Source: an uncultured Gammaproteobacteria bacterium
Lineage (GTDB): Bacteria; Pseudomonadota; Gammaproteobacteria; JAURND01
Reading direction: 5' to 3'
Assembly: GCA_963714975.1 (NCBI GenBank)
Contig: CAVQQD010000002.1
Location: 1,120,001-1,184,000, forward strand
Length of the DNA: 64,000 bases
Part shown: positions 29,960 through 40,197 of the stretch, one piece after another
Layout: each line of letters starts with the position of its first letter
Position numbering within the stretch: the stretch's first letter is position 1
The notes under the pieces: generated by a model
What the model was told of the DNA's origin: nothing
Seen by the model: only the letters and a program-made list of their open reading frames with translations
Databases searched by the model: none
Translations under genes and position numbers: made by a program

Positions 29960-30622
29960 ATGAAACCATTAACGAAAACATTAGCTTTTATTGGCGGCGC
30001 CTTAGGTATTGCAGCTTTAGGGGGTGCTTCAGCTTTGGGCGTGCAGTCTTTATTGGCTCAAAAGACCGAAATTCAGGCTCCCTTACCGGTGCCTGCTGCC
30101 CCAGTAACTCAAGTAGCTCAGGCTCCCCTGCCCACCACCCCAGTGGCGCAAGTGGAAGTGGCTCAGGCGCCAGCGCCAATTCCTCCTCCAGCACCACTAC
30201 CCGCTGTACCGGTTGCTCACATAGTGAACGTTAAACCGTACTACATCACGGTGAAAAACCCCGTGCGGGAATGCTATCGTGAAAGACATGTCTTCTATGC
30301 ACAATCCCAACCCAATGTTCCTGGGGCAGGAGCGGTATTGGGAGGTATTGCGGGAGGATTAGCAGGCTCTGCTATCCATGGTAAAAATCATACCGCAGCG
30401 GTGATTGCGGGTACTGCTATTGGTGCCGTAAGCGGGAATGCAATGCAACAAAACATGAACCAGCCCATCCCCCAATATGCCTATACTCGCCATTGCGAGA
30501 CCCATTATGTCTCGTCGAAGGTGAAGCAAGGCTACGAGGTCACCTATTTTTATAATGGGCAACAAGGAACTTTGCTGATGGCAAATCCACCCATCGGAAA
30601 CACAATCCCTGCGCCTTATTAA
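29960..30622 (+). CDS. Glycine-zipper 2TM (YcfJ-like) protein
   Basis: GAVLGGIAGGLAG...AGTAIGAVSG; GYEVTY; Pro-rich linker. Confidence 0.85.
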   Translation: MKPLTKTLAFIGGALGIAALGGASALGVQSLLAQKTEIQAPLPVPAAPVTQVAQAPLPTTPVAQVEVAQAPAPIPPPAPLPAVPVAHIVNVKPYYITVKNPVRECYRERHVFYAQSQPNVPGAGAVLGGIAGGLAGSAIHGKNHTAAVIAGTAIGAVSGNAMQQNMNQPIPQYAYTRHCETHYVSSKVKQGYEVTYFYNGQQGTLLMANPPIGNTIPAPY

Positions 30623-30669
30623 TCAGCGGCTGTCCTTCTCCCTCAAAGTTAAGGCTGTCTCCTTTAATG

Positions 30670-31443
30670 CTAGCTACTATGCCCCTTTTTTCCATTTGTT
30701 TCCAAGCCTAATCGAGCCTGCAGGACTCTATCATAATGAGTACTCGCCCCTTTAGTAGTACGGAAATAATCCCTAACACCCCAAACTAGCAACGCCAGCG
30801 CCACTACCACCCCAACCAGCCCATAAATTCCCTCTGCGGTCTTAAATCCTGCTGAGGGTGAATTAGCATCCCAAATGCGATTACTGAGAAAAAAATTAGC
30901 AGCCTCAGTTCCATGCTGAAGATCATAAAGGTAGGTGCCTAATAAGCTAAAACCAAGTGAAGTCACCATTGCCAGCAAGGCGCCCAAAGCCACGGTTCTC
31001 TTTGGGTGCTTGTGCTTTTTAGCATACTCTTCAGCCGCTATAAAAAATCTTGACCCACAAGTGGGAGTGATAGGCAATTGCTCGGTAACTTCGGAGGATT
31101 CATGTTCCTCTCCATAGTCTTCATCTAAGAGCTCATCTAGTTGGCGGATCATAGGGTCAAAGGCATCATATAAATTCGAAAGAGCCTCAGGACGAATTTC
31201 ATCAGGTTGATATAATTTAGCTACGGCATCACAAAATTGCCGTGCCAACTTTTCTGAAACAAGATCCTTTTCACTGTCAGTATTTTGCTCTAAAGCATTA
31301 TAAAGCTGTTGTACTATTTTGATCTTGGGGTTAGAAAATTTACCTGGCGCAATCTGTTTATAGAGTTCTTTTACCAACGCGTACTTTATAGTTTTTTCGT
31401 CAGAAAGAACCATAAAAGATTCAGATCGGTCTTCCATATCCAT
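30670..31443 (-). CDS. Paralog 5 of tandem 2-TM orphan family
   Basis: SLLGTYLYDLQHGTEA...IWDA...TAEGIYG. Confidence 0.8.
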   Translation of the reverse strand: MDMEDRSESFMVLSDEKTIKYALVKELYKQIAPGKFSNPKIKIVQQLYNALEQNTDSEKDLVSEKLARQFCDAVAKLYQPDEIRPEALSNLYDAFDPMIRQLDELLDEDYGEEHESSEVTEQLPITPTCGSRFFIAAEEYAKKHKHPKRTVALGALLAMVTSLGFSLLGTYLYDLQHGTEAANFFLSNRIWDANSPSAGFKTAEGIYGLVGVVVALALLVWGVRDYFRTTKGASTHYDRVLQARLGLETNGKKGHSS

Positions 31444-31519
31444 AACTGCCTCCCCTAAAACCAGACGGTAAGAAGCAGTATATTAGCAGATAATTCTTAA
31501 TTAGGGTCTGTCCTTCAAG

Positions 31520-31608
31520 TTATCCGATGCACACAACTTTATTGGATAACAGAGCAGCCTTCTCTGTGGCCCATCCCACAAAAACATGTGGAAATATTGC
31601 ATCGGATA
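31520..31608. repeat. Hairpin element TATCCGATGCA...TGCATCGGATA
   Basis: 19 bp TTATCCGATGCACACAACT shared with 9405-9423. Confidence 0.6.
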
Positions 31609-31627
31609 GGTCCTTAGAGACGGGATC

Positions 31628-32332
31628 TTAGCGACGTGTTCCATCTAAGCTGTTAAACATGGCCGAAGAACCTATCTGGGTATCTGGGCCATGGTTTTTT
31701 GCCCTTAAATGAGCTTTAATAGCCCATACTAACAACAGTAGTCCCAAGATCCCAACACCAACTGAACCATAAATTCCTTCTATGGTTTTAATTTTTTCCT
31801 GTGGAGAAGTGGCATCCCAAATGCGGTGGTTGAAGAAAAAATTAGAGGCCTCCGTTCCATGCCGAAGATCATAAAGATAGGTGCCCAATAGCGGAACTCC
31901 CATTGCCACACCTAAGAGGCCCAAAATGCCAAAAGCTTTCGTGACCTTAGGATAGTTTTTAGGAAATTCTTTGACGGGTGTAAAAAATCTTGACCCACAG
32001 GAGGGCGTACCACCTGAAGTGACCCGTTCATCTATGCATTGAACCCCCACTCCAAGATCAACTGCTGACTGTAATTTAGATAAAGCTGATTCAATCTCTG
32101 GATTGGGCTTGAGTACAGCACCCAGGCCAATTAAGTACTCCACCTCACAACAAAAACCGTACGCTAGTTCCTTAGGGATCGGTTCTCGATTCGACAGGAT
32201 TTTGGAATGCTTCTCCAAGTCCTGGAAAGCACCCCCATCCTGAATTAGCACATCCCAATGAGAACCTTGAGACTTTTTAATAGCCTCATAGCACTCCTGC
32301 ACCAGCTTGTACTCGATAGTTTGCTCACGCAT
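31628..32332 (-). CDS. Paralog 4 of tandem 2-TM orphan family
   Basis: LLGTYLYDLRHGTEA...IWDA...TIEGIYGS. Confidence 0.8.
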   Translation of the reverse strand: MREQTIEYKLVQECYEAIKKSQGSHWDVLIQDGGAFQDLEKHSKILSNREPIPKELAYGFCCEVEYLIGLGAVLKPNPEIESALSKLQSAVDLGVGVQCIDERVTSGGTPSCGSRFFTPVKEFPKNYPKVTKAFGILGLLGVAMGVPLLGTYLYDLRHGTEASNFFFNHRIWDATSPQEKIKTIEGIYGSVGVGILGLLLLVWAIKAHLRAKNHGPDTQIGSSAMFNSLDGTRR

Positions 32333-32432
32333 AGATTATTTCCTACATCGCCCTCGATTTTTTAGGTCGTCTTAGATTTCACCATCGTAGACCGCTCTAG
32401 CTTCCCCTTGCTGTGAACTGCGGCGTCAGCCC

Positions 32433-33770
32433 CTAATTACCGGTTGGGGAAATCCGGTAGCCGTCATTACTGCTGTCAGTGTCGGGAAAGGAGCCGCTCA
32501 CATTAAAATCAGGCTCCCGAAGGATGAGGTTGACCTGAGGAGGGATGTTACCGAAGAAATCTTCTGGTGGTGAATCGTTCTCTGTTGACTGTGCTGAATC
32601 ATTGTCCTGACTTGGTTTAGCAGCAGGGGAACGCTCCCTCCAAGCCCAAATTGCCAGTGTAGCAGCCAATATCAGCACCACCCCAACCGCAACTGAACCA
32701 TAAATTCCCTCTGGAGTCATAAGCCTTTCTGATGCAGAGCCCGCATCCCAAATGTGCTTATTAACGAAAAATTCGGATACTGATCTATAAGCGTCAGTTC
32801 CATACCTAAGATCGTAAATAGCTGTGCCCACTAAACTACAGCTAAACGAAGTTGCCATTGCGGCCAAGGTTACACCCACGGTGCCTAAAGCTACTTCGGT
32901 CTTAGAATATTTCTTGCCGGATTCCTCTTGAGTTTGTTTATTATGCTTATTAAACTCCCCTATAATATGTTGGTTAAGCTCCGAAGCGCTCATTTTAGGG
33001 TCCGAATTACCTATTAAATTGCTTGCACTTGAATCATTAAAAGCACTATTGAAAGTGCTTGCCGATCCTAAATTACTAACATCATTACTGCCAAGACTTT
33101 CACGACTAGCACCCCCCTGCCCTAAACTAGACAAATTATTGCTCTGCTGTGGTGCAGCAGTAGGGGAACGCTTCCAGAAACCCCAAAACCGGGAGGCGCC
33201 ATCACCCTGATTTACATTTATCTTGGGCTTGATAAAGCTTTTATTAATAGCCGCCGCTAAAAGTCTGAAACTCTCTTTTGTCTTTTCTGCCCAATCAGCT
33301 GTAAAGCATGACTCCTGCATGAGACTTCTAACACTAAGATAAAAACCATTCGCTACGGTTACCTCGACTTTTTCAGACTCTATATCTTGCGCATTTTTAG
33401 GCAGGTAGTCATAACGAATATTGTGATAAAGAACCTTTACACTGTTGGCTGCAGTGTTTTGCTTACATAAATCTTCCCAATAATTTTCTCCCAAATTTTT
33501 CTCTTTAGCAGTAGCGTTTATATACGTAGTGATTGCTTTGTAGCATTCCTCTATTAACCGGAACTCTATTTTAGGAGTACTATCATTTGATTTATCCTCG
33601 GGTTGTGCTTGGGGTTGCTGATCATTTGAGTCGCCAAAACTATCCGATAACTCGTGTTTTACACCACTACTGTTATCACTAGAAAAGTTACTACCACTAC
33701 CATTTTGCTTAGATTCATTAGTAACAACACTTCCATTATCATCCAAGGGATTTGTTAGTTGATCAGCCAT
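32433..33770 (-). CDS. Paralog 3 of tandem 2-TM orphan family
   Basis: SLVGTAIYDLRYGTDA...IWDA...TPEGIYGS. Confidence 0.8.
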   Translation of the reverse strand: MADQLTNPLDDNGSVVTNESKQNGSGSNFSSDNSSGVKHELSDSFGDSNDQQPQAQPEDKSNDSTPKIEFRLIEECYKAITTYINATAKEKNLGENYWEDLCKQNTAANSVKVLYHNIRYDYLPKNAQDIESEKVEVTVANGFYLSVRSLMQESCFTADWAEKTKESFRLLAAAINKSFIKPKINVNQGDGASRFWGFWKRSPTAAPQQSNNLSSLGQGGASRESLGSNDVSNLGSASTFNSAFNDSSASNLIGNSDPKMSASELNQHIIGEFNKHNKQTQEESGKKYSKTEVALGTVGVTLAAMATSFSCSLVGTAIYDLRYGTDAYRSVSEFFVNKHIWDAGSASERLMTPEGIYGSVAVGVVLILAATLAIWAWRERSPAAKPSQDNDSAQSTENDSPPEDFFGNIPPQVNLILREPDFNVSGSFPDTDSSNDGYRISPTGN

Positions 33771-33872
33771 AAATTATCTCTCTCAATACTTATATTCTAA
33801 GAAAAATATCACCTACTATTTTTCGCCTTACAGCCTTCGCTGTTCCTGCACAAAATAAACTTAATAGCTTGT

Positions 33873-33904
33873 ATATTACCAAACCAGGCTTAATAAACTA
33901 TTAA
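33873..33904 (-). promoter_or_regulatory. PmrA-type box plus -10 TAATAT
   Basis: TTAAtagtttaTTAA, 11 nt, TAATAT on the minus strand. Confidence 0.7.
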
Positions 33905-34040
33905 CACCCTCATTTTTCAACAAAAATACCTCTGTAGAGGACAAATACCCGGACAATAAGAGTTACGGTTCTATAAATTCTTCTGGGAGGATCAACTCGT
34001 TGAAAGAGAGAAATTGCCCAGATTAGGGAGAGGAGGAACA

Positions 34041-34958
34041 TTACTGAGGGGAACTAACTTCGCGAGCTGCAGGAGTTTCTGCTGGCTCTTCTTCCACGGG
34101 TATCGTTACCGAAGCACGCGCCACACGCCGCTCTGGAACTTGTTTAGCAGCATGGGAATGCTCTTTCCAAGCCATCCATAACAGCAACAATACCACTCCA
34201 ATCGCCACTGAACCATAAATTCCGCCTACAGTCTTAAATCCTTCCGATGCCGAGCTAGCATCCCAAATGCGGTTGTTGAAAAAATCGGATACTGAGTTAT
34301 AACCCTCGGTTTTGAATATATGATCATAAAGCTTTGTGCCTAATAAGCTAAAGCCAACCGAAGCGACCATTCCAGCAAAAGCGCTCGCAGCTACTGTGGT
34401 CTTAGGGTTTCTTTTTGCCGCGTTCTTAGTCGCATTTAACTTTTTACAAAACCAGGACATGGAGGACGCCTTGGGGTCTCGAGAATCTGCAGAGAGATTT
34501 TGACTATCCTGCTTTTCCTCTGCCTGGTTGTTGTTGCTGTTATTAATAGCCTGCCGTAATACTTCTATCTTCTTTTTTACCGCTTCAGTGATGTCTGTTC
34601 TATCCTCCACTAATGAATCTGCGTCCTCCAAAAAGTCCTCCGCTGCACCTACGTCAACTTTTTTAGACTTTCCAAAGCGTGTCGTAATGTCTTCATAGCT
34701 ACTTTGCAAACTACGGACATCCCCACCCTTATCCTCCAATAATTTATTCCAAGCCTTTTGGTTACCAGCTATCCCCTTTACAATAGCAGTATAGCAACTC
34801 GTTATATACTGCAAGTCTATGGTAGCATTACCCGTTGATATGTAATTATTAAATGGTGCAGCACTTACCCCTGAGACGGTACTAGCAGCTGAGCCTGTAC
34901 GCGACCTTACACTACTTCCAAACTGTGATTGTGGTTCTTCCTCAGATTCACTTCCCAT
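34041..34958 (-). CDS. Paralog 2 of tandem 2-TM orphan family
   Basis: SLLGTKLYDH...IWDA...TVGGIYGS. Confidence 0.8.
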   Translation of the reverse strand: MGSESEEEPQSQFGSSVRSRTGSAASTVSGVSAAPFNNYISTGNATIDLQYITSCYTAIVKGIAGNQKAWNKLLEDKGGDVRSLQSSYEDITTRFGKSKKVDVGAAEDFLEDADSLVEDRTDITEAVKKKIEVLRQAINNSNNNQAEEKQDSQNLSADSRDPKASSMSWFCKKLNATKNAAKRNPKTTVAASAFAGMVASVGFSLLGTKLYDHIFKTEGYNSVSDFFNNRIWDASSASEGFKTVGGIYGSVAIGVVLLLLWMAWKEHSHAAKQVPERRVARASVTIPVEEEPAETPAAREVSSPQ

Positions 34959-35062
34959 AAGTTACCTCTCTACAATGCTTATATCTAAGAAAAATACCAC
35001 CTGTTATTTTTCGCCTTAGAGCCTTCGCCATATCTGCACAAAAATAGGCTTCAATAGCTTGT

Positions 35063-35094
35063 ATATTACCAAAAAATTCTTAAAAAACTCTTAA
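35063..35094 (-). promoter_or_regulatory. PmrA-type box plus -10 TAATAT
   Basis: TTAAgagttttTTAA, 11 nt, TAATAT. Confidence 0.7.
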
Positions 35095-35124
35095 CGTCCC
35101 CCATTTTTTCAACAAAAAACTCTA

Positions 35125-35330
35125 TAGGGACAAAAATAATCTCTCCTTTGGAAAAGGGAGGTTAGGGATTTAAAGAAGCAGCTCTCCGTCATCCCGAGGA
35201 ACTTGCGACGAGGGATCTCCATGCCAGTTGCATGGAAATCCCTCGCTTCACTCGGGATGACGAGGACCCTTTCTTTTTAAATTCCCCTTAATCCCCCATT
35301 TTCAAAGGGGGAAATTATTTTTGTCCCCTA
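35125..35330. repeat. Nested ~205-bp palindrome (three levels of inverted repeats)
   Basis: GGGACAAAAATAAT/ATTATTTTTGTCCC outside, a CCTTTGGAAAAGGG-type pair, and a CGTCATCCCGAG/CTCGGGATGACG inner pair. Confidence 0.85.
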
Positions 35331-35366
35331 CAAGAGCAAAAATACCCGGAAAATAAAGGTTAAGCC

Positions 35367-36266
35367 CTATAAATTTCTACCGGGAGGGTCTATTCCTGGC
35401 AGAAGACCCTCACTCTCCCGATTTATTTCATCATTTACTTCTGTCTTACCTTGCTTAGCATGAAAACGATCCCTAAGAGCCCAAGCTGCCAGCATCAGCC
35501 CCAGCAACACCACCACCCCACCGCCAACTGAACCATAAATTCCCTCCACGGTGTTAAATCTACCTAATCTCGAACTTGCATCCCAAATGCTATTGTTGCA
35601 GAAAAACTCAGATACTGACTTATAGGCCTCAGTTCCATGATGAAGATCATACAGGTAGGTGCCTAATAAGCTAAAACCAACTGAAGCTCCCATTGCAACC
35701 AAAGTGCCGCTCAAGGTGCTCACCGCTACTTTGGCCTTAGGAGAATTTTTGAAGGCATTGGCTGCTTGGTTTACTTTGTTTTTAAAAACCTCACACATGG
35801 AGTAAGTATTAGGGCGTGCAACCAAATCTTCATTATTTGAGCTAAAACTAGACCTTTTACTGTCACTATTACTGTAGCAGAAATCGCTCTCATAATTTGG
35901 ATTCCCTCTTTTAATAGCGGCATATAGCTCGCTTAAAGGGTTTAGCCATCCATTAGTTGGAGAAATTGCTCCACTTTTCGCGAAATTAGCTGCAGCTTTT
36001 TCAAATTGCTCTGCTGACGTTACCTCGACCTCTTTCGAATTGCCAAGTTGACCTGTAAGACCTTTATAAAGACCACGTAATCTATCGGCATGCGGATCAT
36101 AGTTTGGATTTGTAAATCCATTTTCCTCATGCCAGCATATTGCTTCCAAATTATCATCCCCACCTATAGCTTCTTTAAAGCCTAGATAGCAATCCGTTAC
36201 AAGCTGAAAGGCTATTTTTGGGCTGCCATCACTTGAATCACTCTCTCGTCGTACTTGGTCACCCAT
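35367..36266 (-). CDS. Paralog 1 of tandem 2-TM orphan family
   Basis: SLLGTYLYDLHHGTEA...IWDA...TVEGIYGS. Confidence 0.8.
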   Translation of the reverse strand: MGDQVRRESDSSDGSPKIAFQLVTDCYLGFKEAIGGDDNLEAICWHEENGFTNPNYDPHADRLRGLYKGLTGQLGNSKEVEVTSAEQFEKAAANFAKSGAISPTNGWLNPLSELYAAIKRGNPNYESDFCYSNSDSKRSSFSSNNEDLVARPNTYSMCEVFKNKVNQAANAFKNSPKAKVAVSTLSGTLVAMGASVGFSLLGTYLYDLHHGTEAYKSVSEFFCNNSIWDASSRLGRFNTVEGIYGSVGGGVVVLLGLMLAAWALRDRFHAKQGKTEVNDEINRESEGLLPGIDPPGRNL

Positions 36267-36368
36267 AAAATATTTCCACCCAAATCGCTTTTCATATGCT
36301 CTAAATCTACAAGAACACCTGCTATCCTGCTCTTTGTGCTGTTAGTTTTAAGCCTAAAATAAGCTTCT

Positions 36369-36400
36369 ATTTTACCAAACCAGGCTTAATAAACTCTTAA
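36369..36400 (-). promoter_or_regulatory. PmrA-type box plus -10 TAAAAT
   Basis: TTAAgagtttaTTAA, 11 nt, TAAAAT. Confidence 0.7.
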
Positions 36401-36586
36401 CACTAGGGATTTTTCAAGCGAAATACTCTGTAGGGGACAAAAATAATCCCTCCCTTGACTAATTTGTTTGGAACAAATTAGCCACGCGAAGCGACCCAAT
36501 TGCTGCTTCTTGACAAGCTCAGAAAAAAGGTAAAAAATTCGTTATCAACAACCAGGCTGCTTGTAAAAAATTTCCTATAAGGAGGA

Positions 36587-37927
36587 ATGTCGGCTATGAC
36601 TAGTGAAGCTTACTCCACTGCGTACAAAGAGGTATATACCACTAACGAGGTGTACACCACTACTTACAACTATGTAGTCACTTTCTATCCTCGTTGGTTT
36701 ACGTTTATGCAGTCTCTCGGCCCAGCGAACCGGTTAATTGGCCCCAACCGGATCAGTCCGCTGTACCACGCTGTGGTAGCCATTAACGATGACACGGTAT
36801 ACGCCAGTGCCTTCATCTCCATTACTGACGAGCCCATTATTGTCAGAATACCTCACACGACCGACAACTATTCCGTGTTGCAGCTTGACCAGTACGGTGA
36901 CGTGTTCGAGGGTATACCTGGCAATACCCCGGGCTTGTTCGCGTTGGTCCTACCGAACTGGAACGGCACGCTGCCTCACGAAGTGGCCCATATCGTCCGC
37001 ATCCCCTATATGCACAGCGTTCTGATAGTCCGCGCCGATAAATACGTCAAAGACCAAAATGGCAACTATCACGACATGCGCGCCGAAGCCGATCGGTTCC
37101 GCCGCAACATAAGTATTGGGACGCTTAGCGAATTTCTCTCCAGACAGATGACACCTACCCTGATCGCCCCGGAGCTGCTCTTCTCCGTACCCTACAAAGC
37201 CGTTGCTGTTCACATGATTGGCAATGAGCCGCTGTCTTTCCTGCACCTGTTACAGATGTCCGTGTTGTCTCCCAAAACCAACACGCTCACTCCCGATGAG
37301 CAGGAGCTTTCTGGTGCTTTCAACCAATGCTTTAGTAATCCGGCCAATTACTCGCAAATGACCGCTGCTGTTCAGGCGGCCCACGCTGACATTGATAACG
37401 ACTACCTCACCAAAACAATTGGCGGAACAACTTGGATCCATTTCAGCAACATTGGTGAATGGCTGGATCCACCGCAATACCTCGATCGCTCTGCCATTAC
37501 TGATTACATACAGTATGGAAACAACATTCAGGCGGCCGCTTACTACCATTCTTTCAACGACACCCATGGCAATCAGCTCGATGGCAGCAAACATAGCTAT
37601 ACTCTGAGATTTTCCAAGGACCAGATACCCGACGTTTCGCGCTTCTGGTCCGTAACGGCTTACCTTCCCCTTGGAATCGAGTTGGTACCGAACTCAGCCG
37701 ACAAATACGTCGTGGCCAGCTACACGCCCGAACTGGTTCTGGACGCTGATGGCTGCTCCATCACAATCTACATGTCGGTGACAAAGCCCGAGTCAGTTCC
37801 GCAGCCGAATTGGCTGCCGATTCCACCAGGGCCGTTCAATATCTTACTGCGAGCGTATGGCCCCGGACGCGACATCCAGAACAACCGATACATTCCGCCG
37901 CCAATCAATCCTGCGCCGATGATTTGA
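36587..37927 (+). CDS. DUF1254/DUF1214 domain protein
   Basis: NDDTVYASA, LDGSKHSYTLRF, FWSVTAY, PNWLPIP, LRAYGP. Confidence 0.85.
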   Translation: MSAMTSEAYSTAYKEVYTTNEVYTTTYNYVVTFYPRWFTFMQSLGPANRLIGPNRISPLYHAVVAINDDTVYASAFISITDEPIIVRIPHTTDNYSVLQLDQYGDVFEGIPGNTPGLFALVLPNWNGTLPHEVAHIVRIPYMHSVLIVRADKYVKDQNGNYHDMRAEADRFRRNISIGTLSEFLSRQMTPTLIAPELLFSVPYKAVAVHMIGNEPLSFLHLLQMSVLSPKTNTLTPDEQELSGAFNQCFSNPANYSQMTAAVQAAHADIDNDYLTKTIGGTTWIHFSNIGEWLDPPQYLDRSAITDYIQYGNNIQAAAYYHSFNDTHGNQLDGSKHSYTLRFSKDQIPDVSRFWSVTAYLPLGIELVPNSADKYVVASYTPELVLDADGCSITIYMSVTKPESVPQPNWLPIPPGPFNILLRAYGPGRDIQNNRYIPPPINPAPMI

Positions 37928-37975
37928 GCTAGGATGGCAGAAAGTTTTAATCCTAAACTCATAAATGACGGGGTC

Positions 37976-38626
37976 TTACGGCACGATGGATAAGGATTCA
38001 AATTTGGCAATCATGCGTTGCCTTAATGCGGCCAGCAAATTTGGATCAGCCTTGGCAGGTGAGCCCGCATCAAAGGGCGGCATGGGATCGTATTCGACAG
38101 CCAATTGTAAGGTTTTGGCAACATTTTCTCCTGAAATTTTAGCAGCCAAGATTAAGGCCATATCGATGCCTGCGGATACGCCTGCTGCTGTTATGATTTT
38201 TCCCGATTCAACAACGCGTTCAGTGGTAGGAATTGCGCCAAAAATAGCTAAACGGTCCATCACGGCCCAGTGTGTCGTTGCTTTTTGCCCCAATAAAATG
38301 CCAGCTGCACCTAAAATAAGGCTGCCGGTACATACTGAAGTTGTCCAGGTTGTACTGCCATGGATGGCACGAATCCAGTCTAAAACTTCGGGATATTGTT
38401 GTAATGTGGTCGCTTTACCCCCTCCTGGAATTAACAGCACATCAGCACTTGATACATCCGCAATAGCAACCTCAGCCTGTAGAATCAAGCCAGAATCGGT
38501 ATGAATAGCCCCTGGGGTTTGCGCAGCCAATTTAACTGATGCGCCTGGCAAACGATTAAGAATTTCATGAGGGCCGATGGCGTCTAGGGCAGTCATGCCT
38601 TGATAGAATAAAAATACAATCTGCAT
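37976..38626 (-). CDS. DJ-1/PfpI family protein (isonitrile hydratase-like)
   Basis: LDAIGP, SVCTG, ATTHW, AAGVSAGID, EYDPMPPF. Confidence 0.92.
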   Translation of the reverse strand: MQIVFLFYQGMTALDAIGPHEILNRLPGASVKLAAQTPGAIHTDSGLILQAEVAIADVSSADVLLIPGGGKATTLQQYPEVLDWIRAIHGSTTWTTSVCTGSLILGAAGILLGQKATTHWAVMDRLAIFGAIPTTERVVESGKIITAAGVSAGIDMALILAAKISGENVAKTLQLAVEYDPMPPFDAGSPAKADPNLLAALRQRMIAKFESLSIVP

Positions 38627-38643
38627 AGGGGAGTCTCCTTAGA

Positions 38644-39200
38644 TTATTGACTCGGTCTTTTCAATGGGCGACCTATTAACCGACCCAGCATTTGGATGGG
38701 ATAGATGCACCCACCCACCGCAGCAAAATTGACGGGCATGTGGTTAACCATATCAGCTACTTGACCCCAATGGATGGGGTGAATGCACTCCGAATATTGA
38801 ATGTAGCTGACGGCACATCGCTTGAAGTCATTCATATGGCCTATAATTTTTCTATCGATTGTTTTGCAAAAGTTTACTGTTCCGGAAAATAATACATCAA
38901 CCTGTTTAGCCCATTCTGATAAATTATGGACGCATAAAAATTCTTTGAGCAAAATGCCAATGTATTTAGGAATAGCAGTAGCACCACCCACTTCAGCATA
39001 AGGAATGCAGCTAATCGTACTTGGGTTTCGGATTCTGCAACACTCGGTTTTTTCGTTGCCCAATCCATCCACTGGGAAAGGGTAGCAAATGACTCTAGAA
39101 TGGCAGCATTAAGCACAGCTCCATCGCCTGGGGCGGGTGGCCGAATGATGAAGCGTGGCGTTGTGATGGGCATAGGTAAATCCACTAGAATCGGTTGCAC
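38644..39200 (-). pseudogene. Chimeric remnant: RimJ/RimL-type GNAT 5' end joined to the 3' end of another gene (possibly DUF6933-like)
   Basis: MQPILVDLPMPITTPRFIIRPP...WMDWA is lost near 39010; a second frame carries FCKTIDRKIIGHMNDF. Confidence 0.55.
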
Positions 39201-39289
39201 AGGATATCCTCGTTAATTTAGTCTGTGGTATTATAAATTAATAGCAATTGACTGGGTACTATTACTGACTGCGTACAAGAGATAATCGA

Positions 39290-40183
39290 ATGACCAAAAT
39301 GCACCCCAATGAATTGACTATAGATGCTGCCTTAGTTAATGCCCTGCTTCAGCATCAATGCCCACAATGGGCTCATTTACCACTCACTACAATCCCTTCT
39401 ACCGGCACTGACCATGCTTTATTTCGTTTAGGCTGTGATTATTTGGTACGTTTGCCACGAATTGACTGGGCAGTAACCTCTATCGATCAGGAATATGAAT
39501 TGCTGCCACAAATCGCCACTTACTTAACAACACCGATTTTCACTCCTATGTTTAAAGGCCATGCAACGTCTGTTTATCCCTGGCCTTGGCTTATTGCTAA
39601 GTGGCATGAAGGCCATAATCCTGAAGCCGAAAAAACCAACGAGTATGCCGCTTTGGCCCAAGACTTGGCAGGTTTTCTCAACCAATTTCATGCAATTCCA
39701 CTTACATCAGGCCCAGCTTCACGTCGCGGAGTTCCTTTAAGCCATCTCAATGCAGACACTCAGAAAGCCATAAATCAATTACGTGGCGAAATAGATGTAC
39801 TTGCTGTTATGGATTTATGGCACGAATTAATGGCAACACCGCAGTGGCAACAAAAATCTGTCTGGGTACATGGTGATTTTTTGCCTGGTAATATTTTGGT
39901 ACAACACAATCGTTTAAGTGCAGTTATTGATTTTACCGACCTTGGGGTAGGTGATCCAGCTTGTGATTTAGTGATTGCTTGGAGTCTGTTAAATTCCCAA
40001 TCAAGAAATTTATTTAGAAATTGTCTAGCACATGTCGATCACAACACGTGGGCAAGAGGCAAAGCTTGGGCACTATCGATCGCGCTCATTATGTTGCCGT
40101 ATTACAAAAATAGTAGTCCGGCATTGGCACAACTCGCTAGACGCATGATCAATCAAGTGTTAAGCGACCAAGACGAGCAATGA
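39290..40183 (+). CDS. Aminoglycoside phosphotransferase (APH) family protein
   Basis: GTDHALFRLG, VHGDFLPGNIL, VIDF, GDPACDL. Confidence 0.9.
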   Translation: MTKMHPNELTIDAALVNALLQHQCPQWAHLPLTTIPSTGTDHALFRLGCDYLVRLPRIDWAVTSIDQEYELLPQIATYLTTPIFTPMFKGHATSVYPWPWLIAKWHEGHNPEAEKTNEYAALAQDLAGFLNQFHAIPLTSGPASRRGVPLSHLNADTQKAINQLRGEIDVLAVMDLWHELMATPQWQQKSVWVHGDFLPGNILVQHNRLSAVIDFTDLGVGDPACDLVIAWSLLNSQSRNLFRNCLAHVDHNTWARGKAWALSIALIMLPYYKNSSPALAQLARRMINQVLSDQDEQ

Positions 40184-40197
40184 TATTTGGGTACTAA

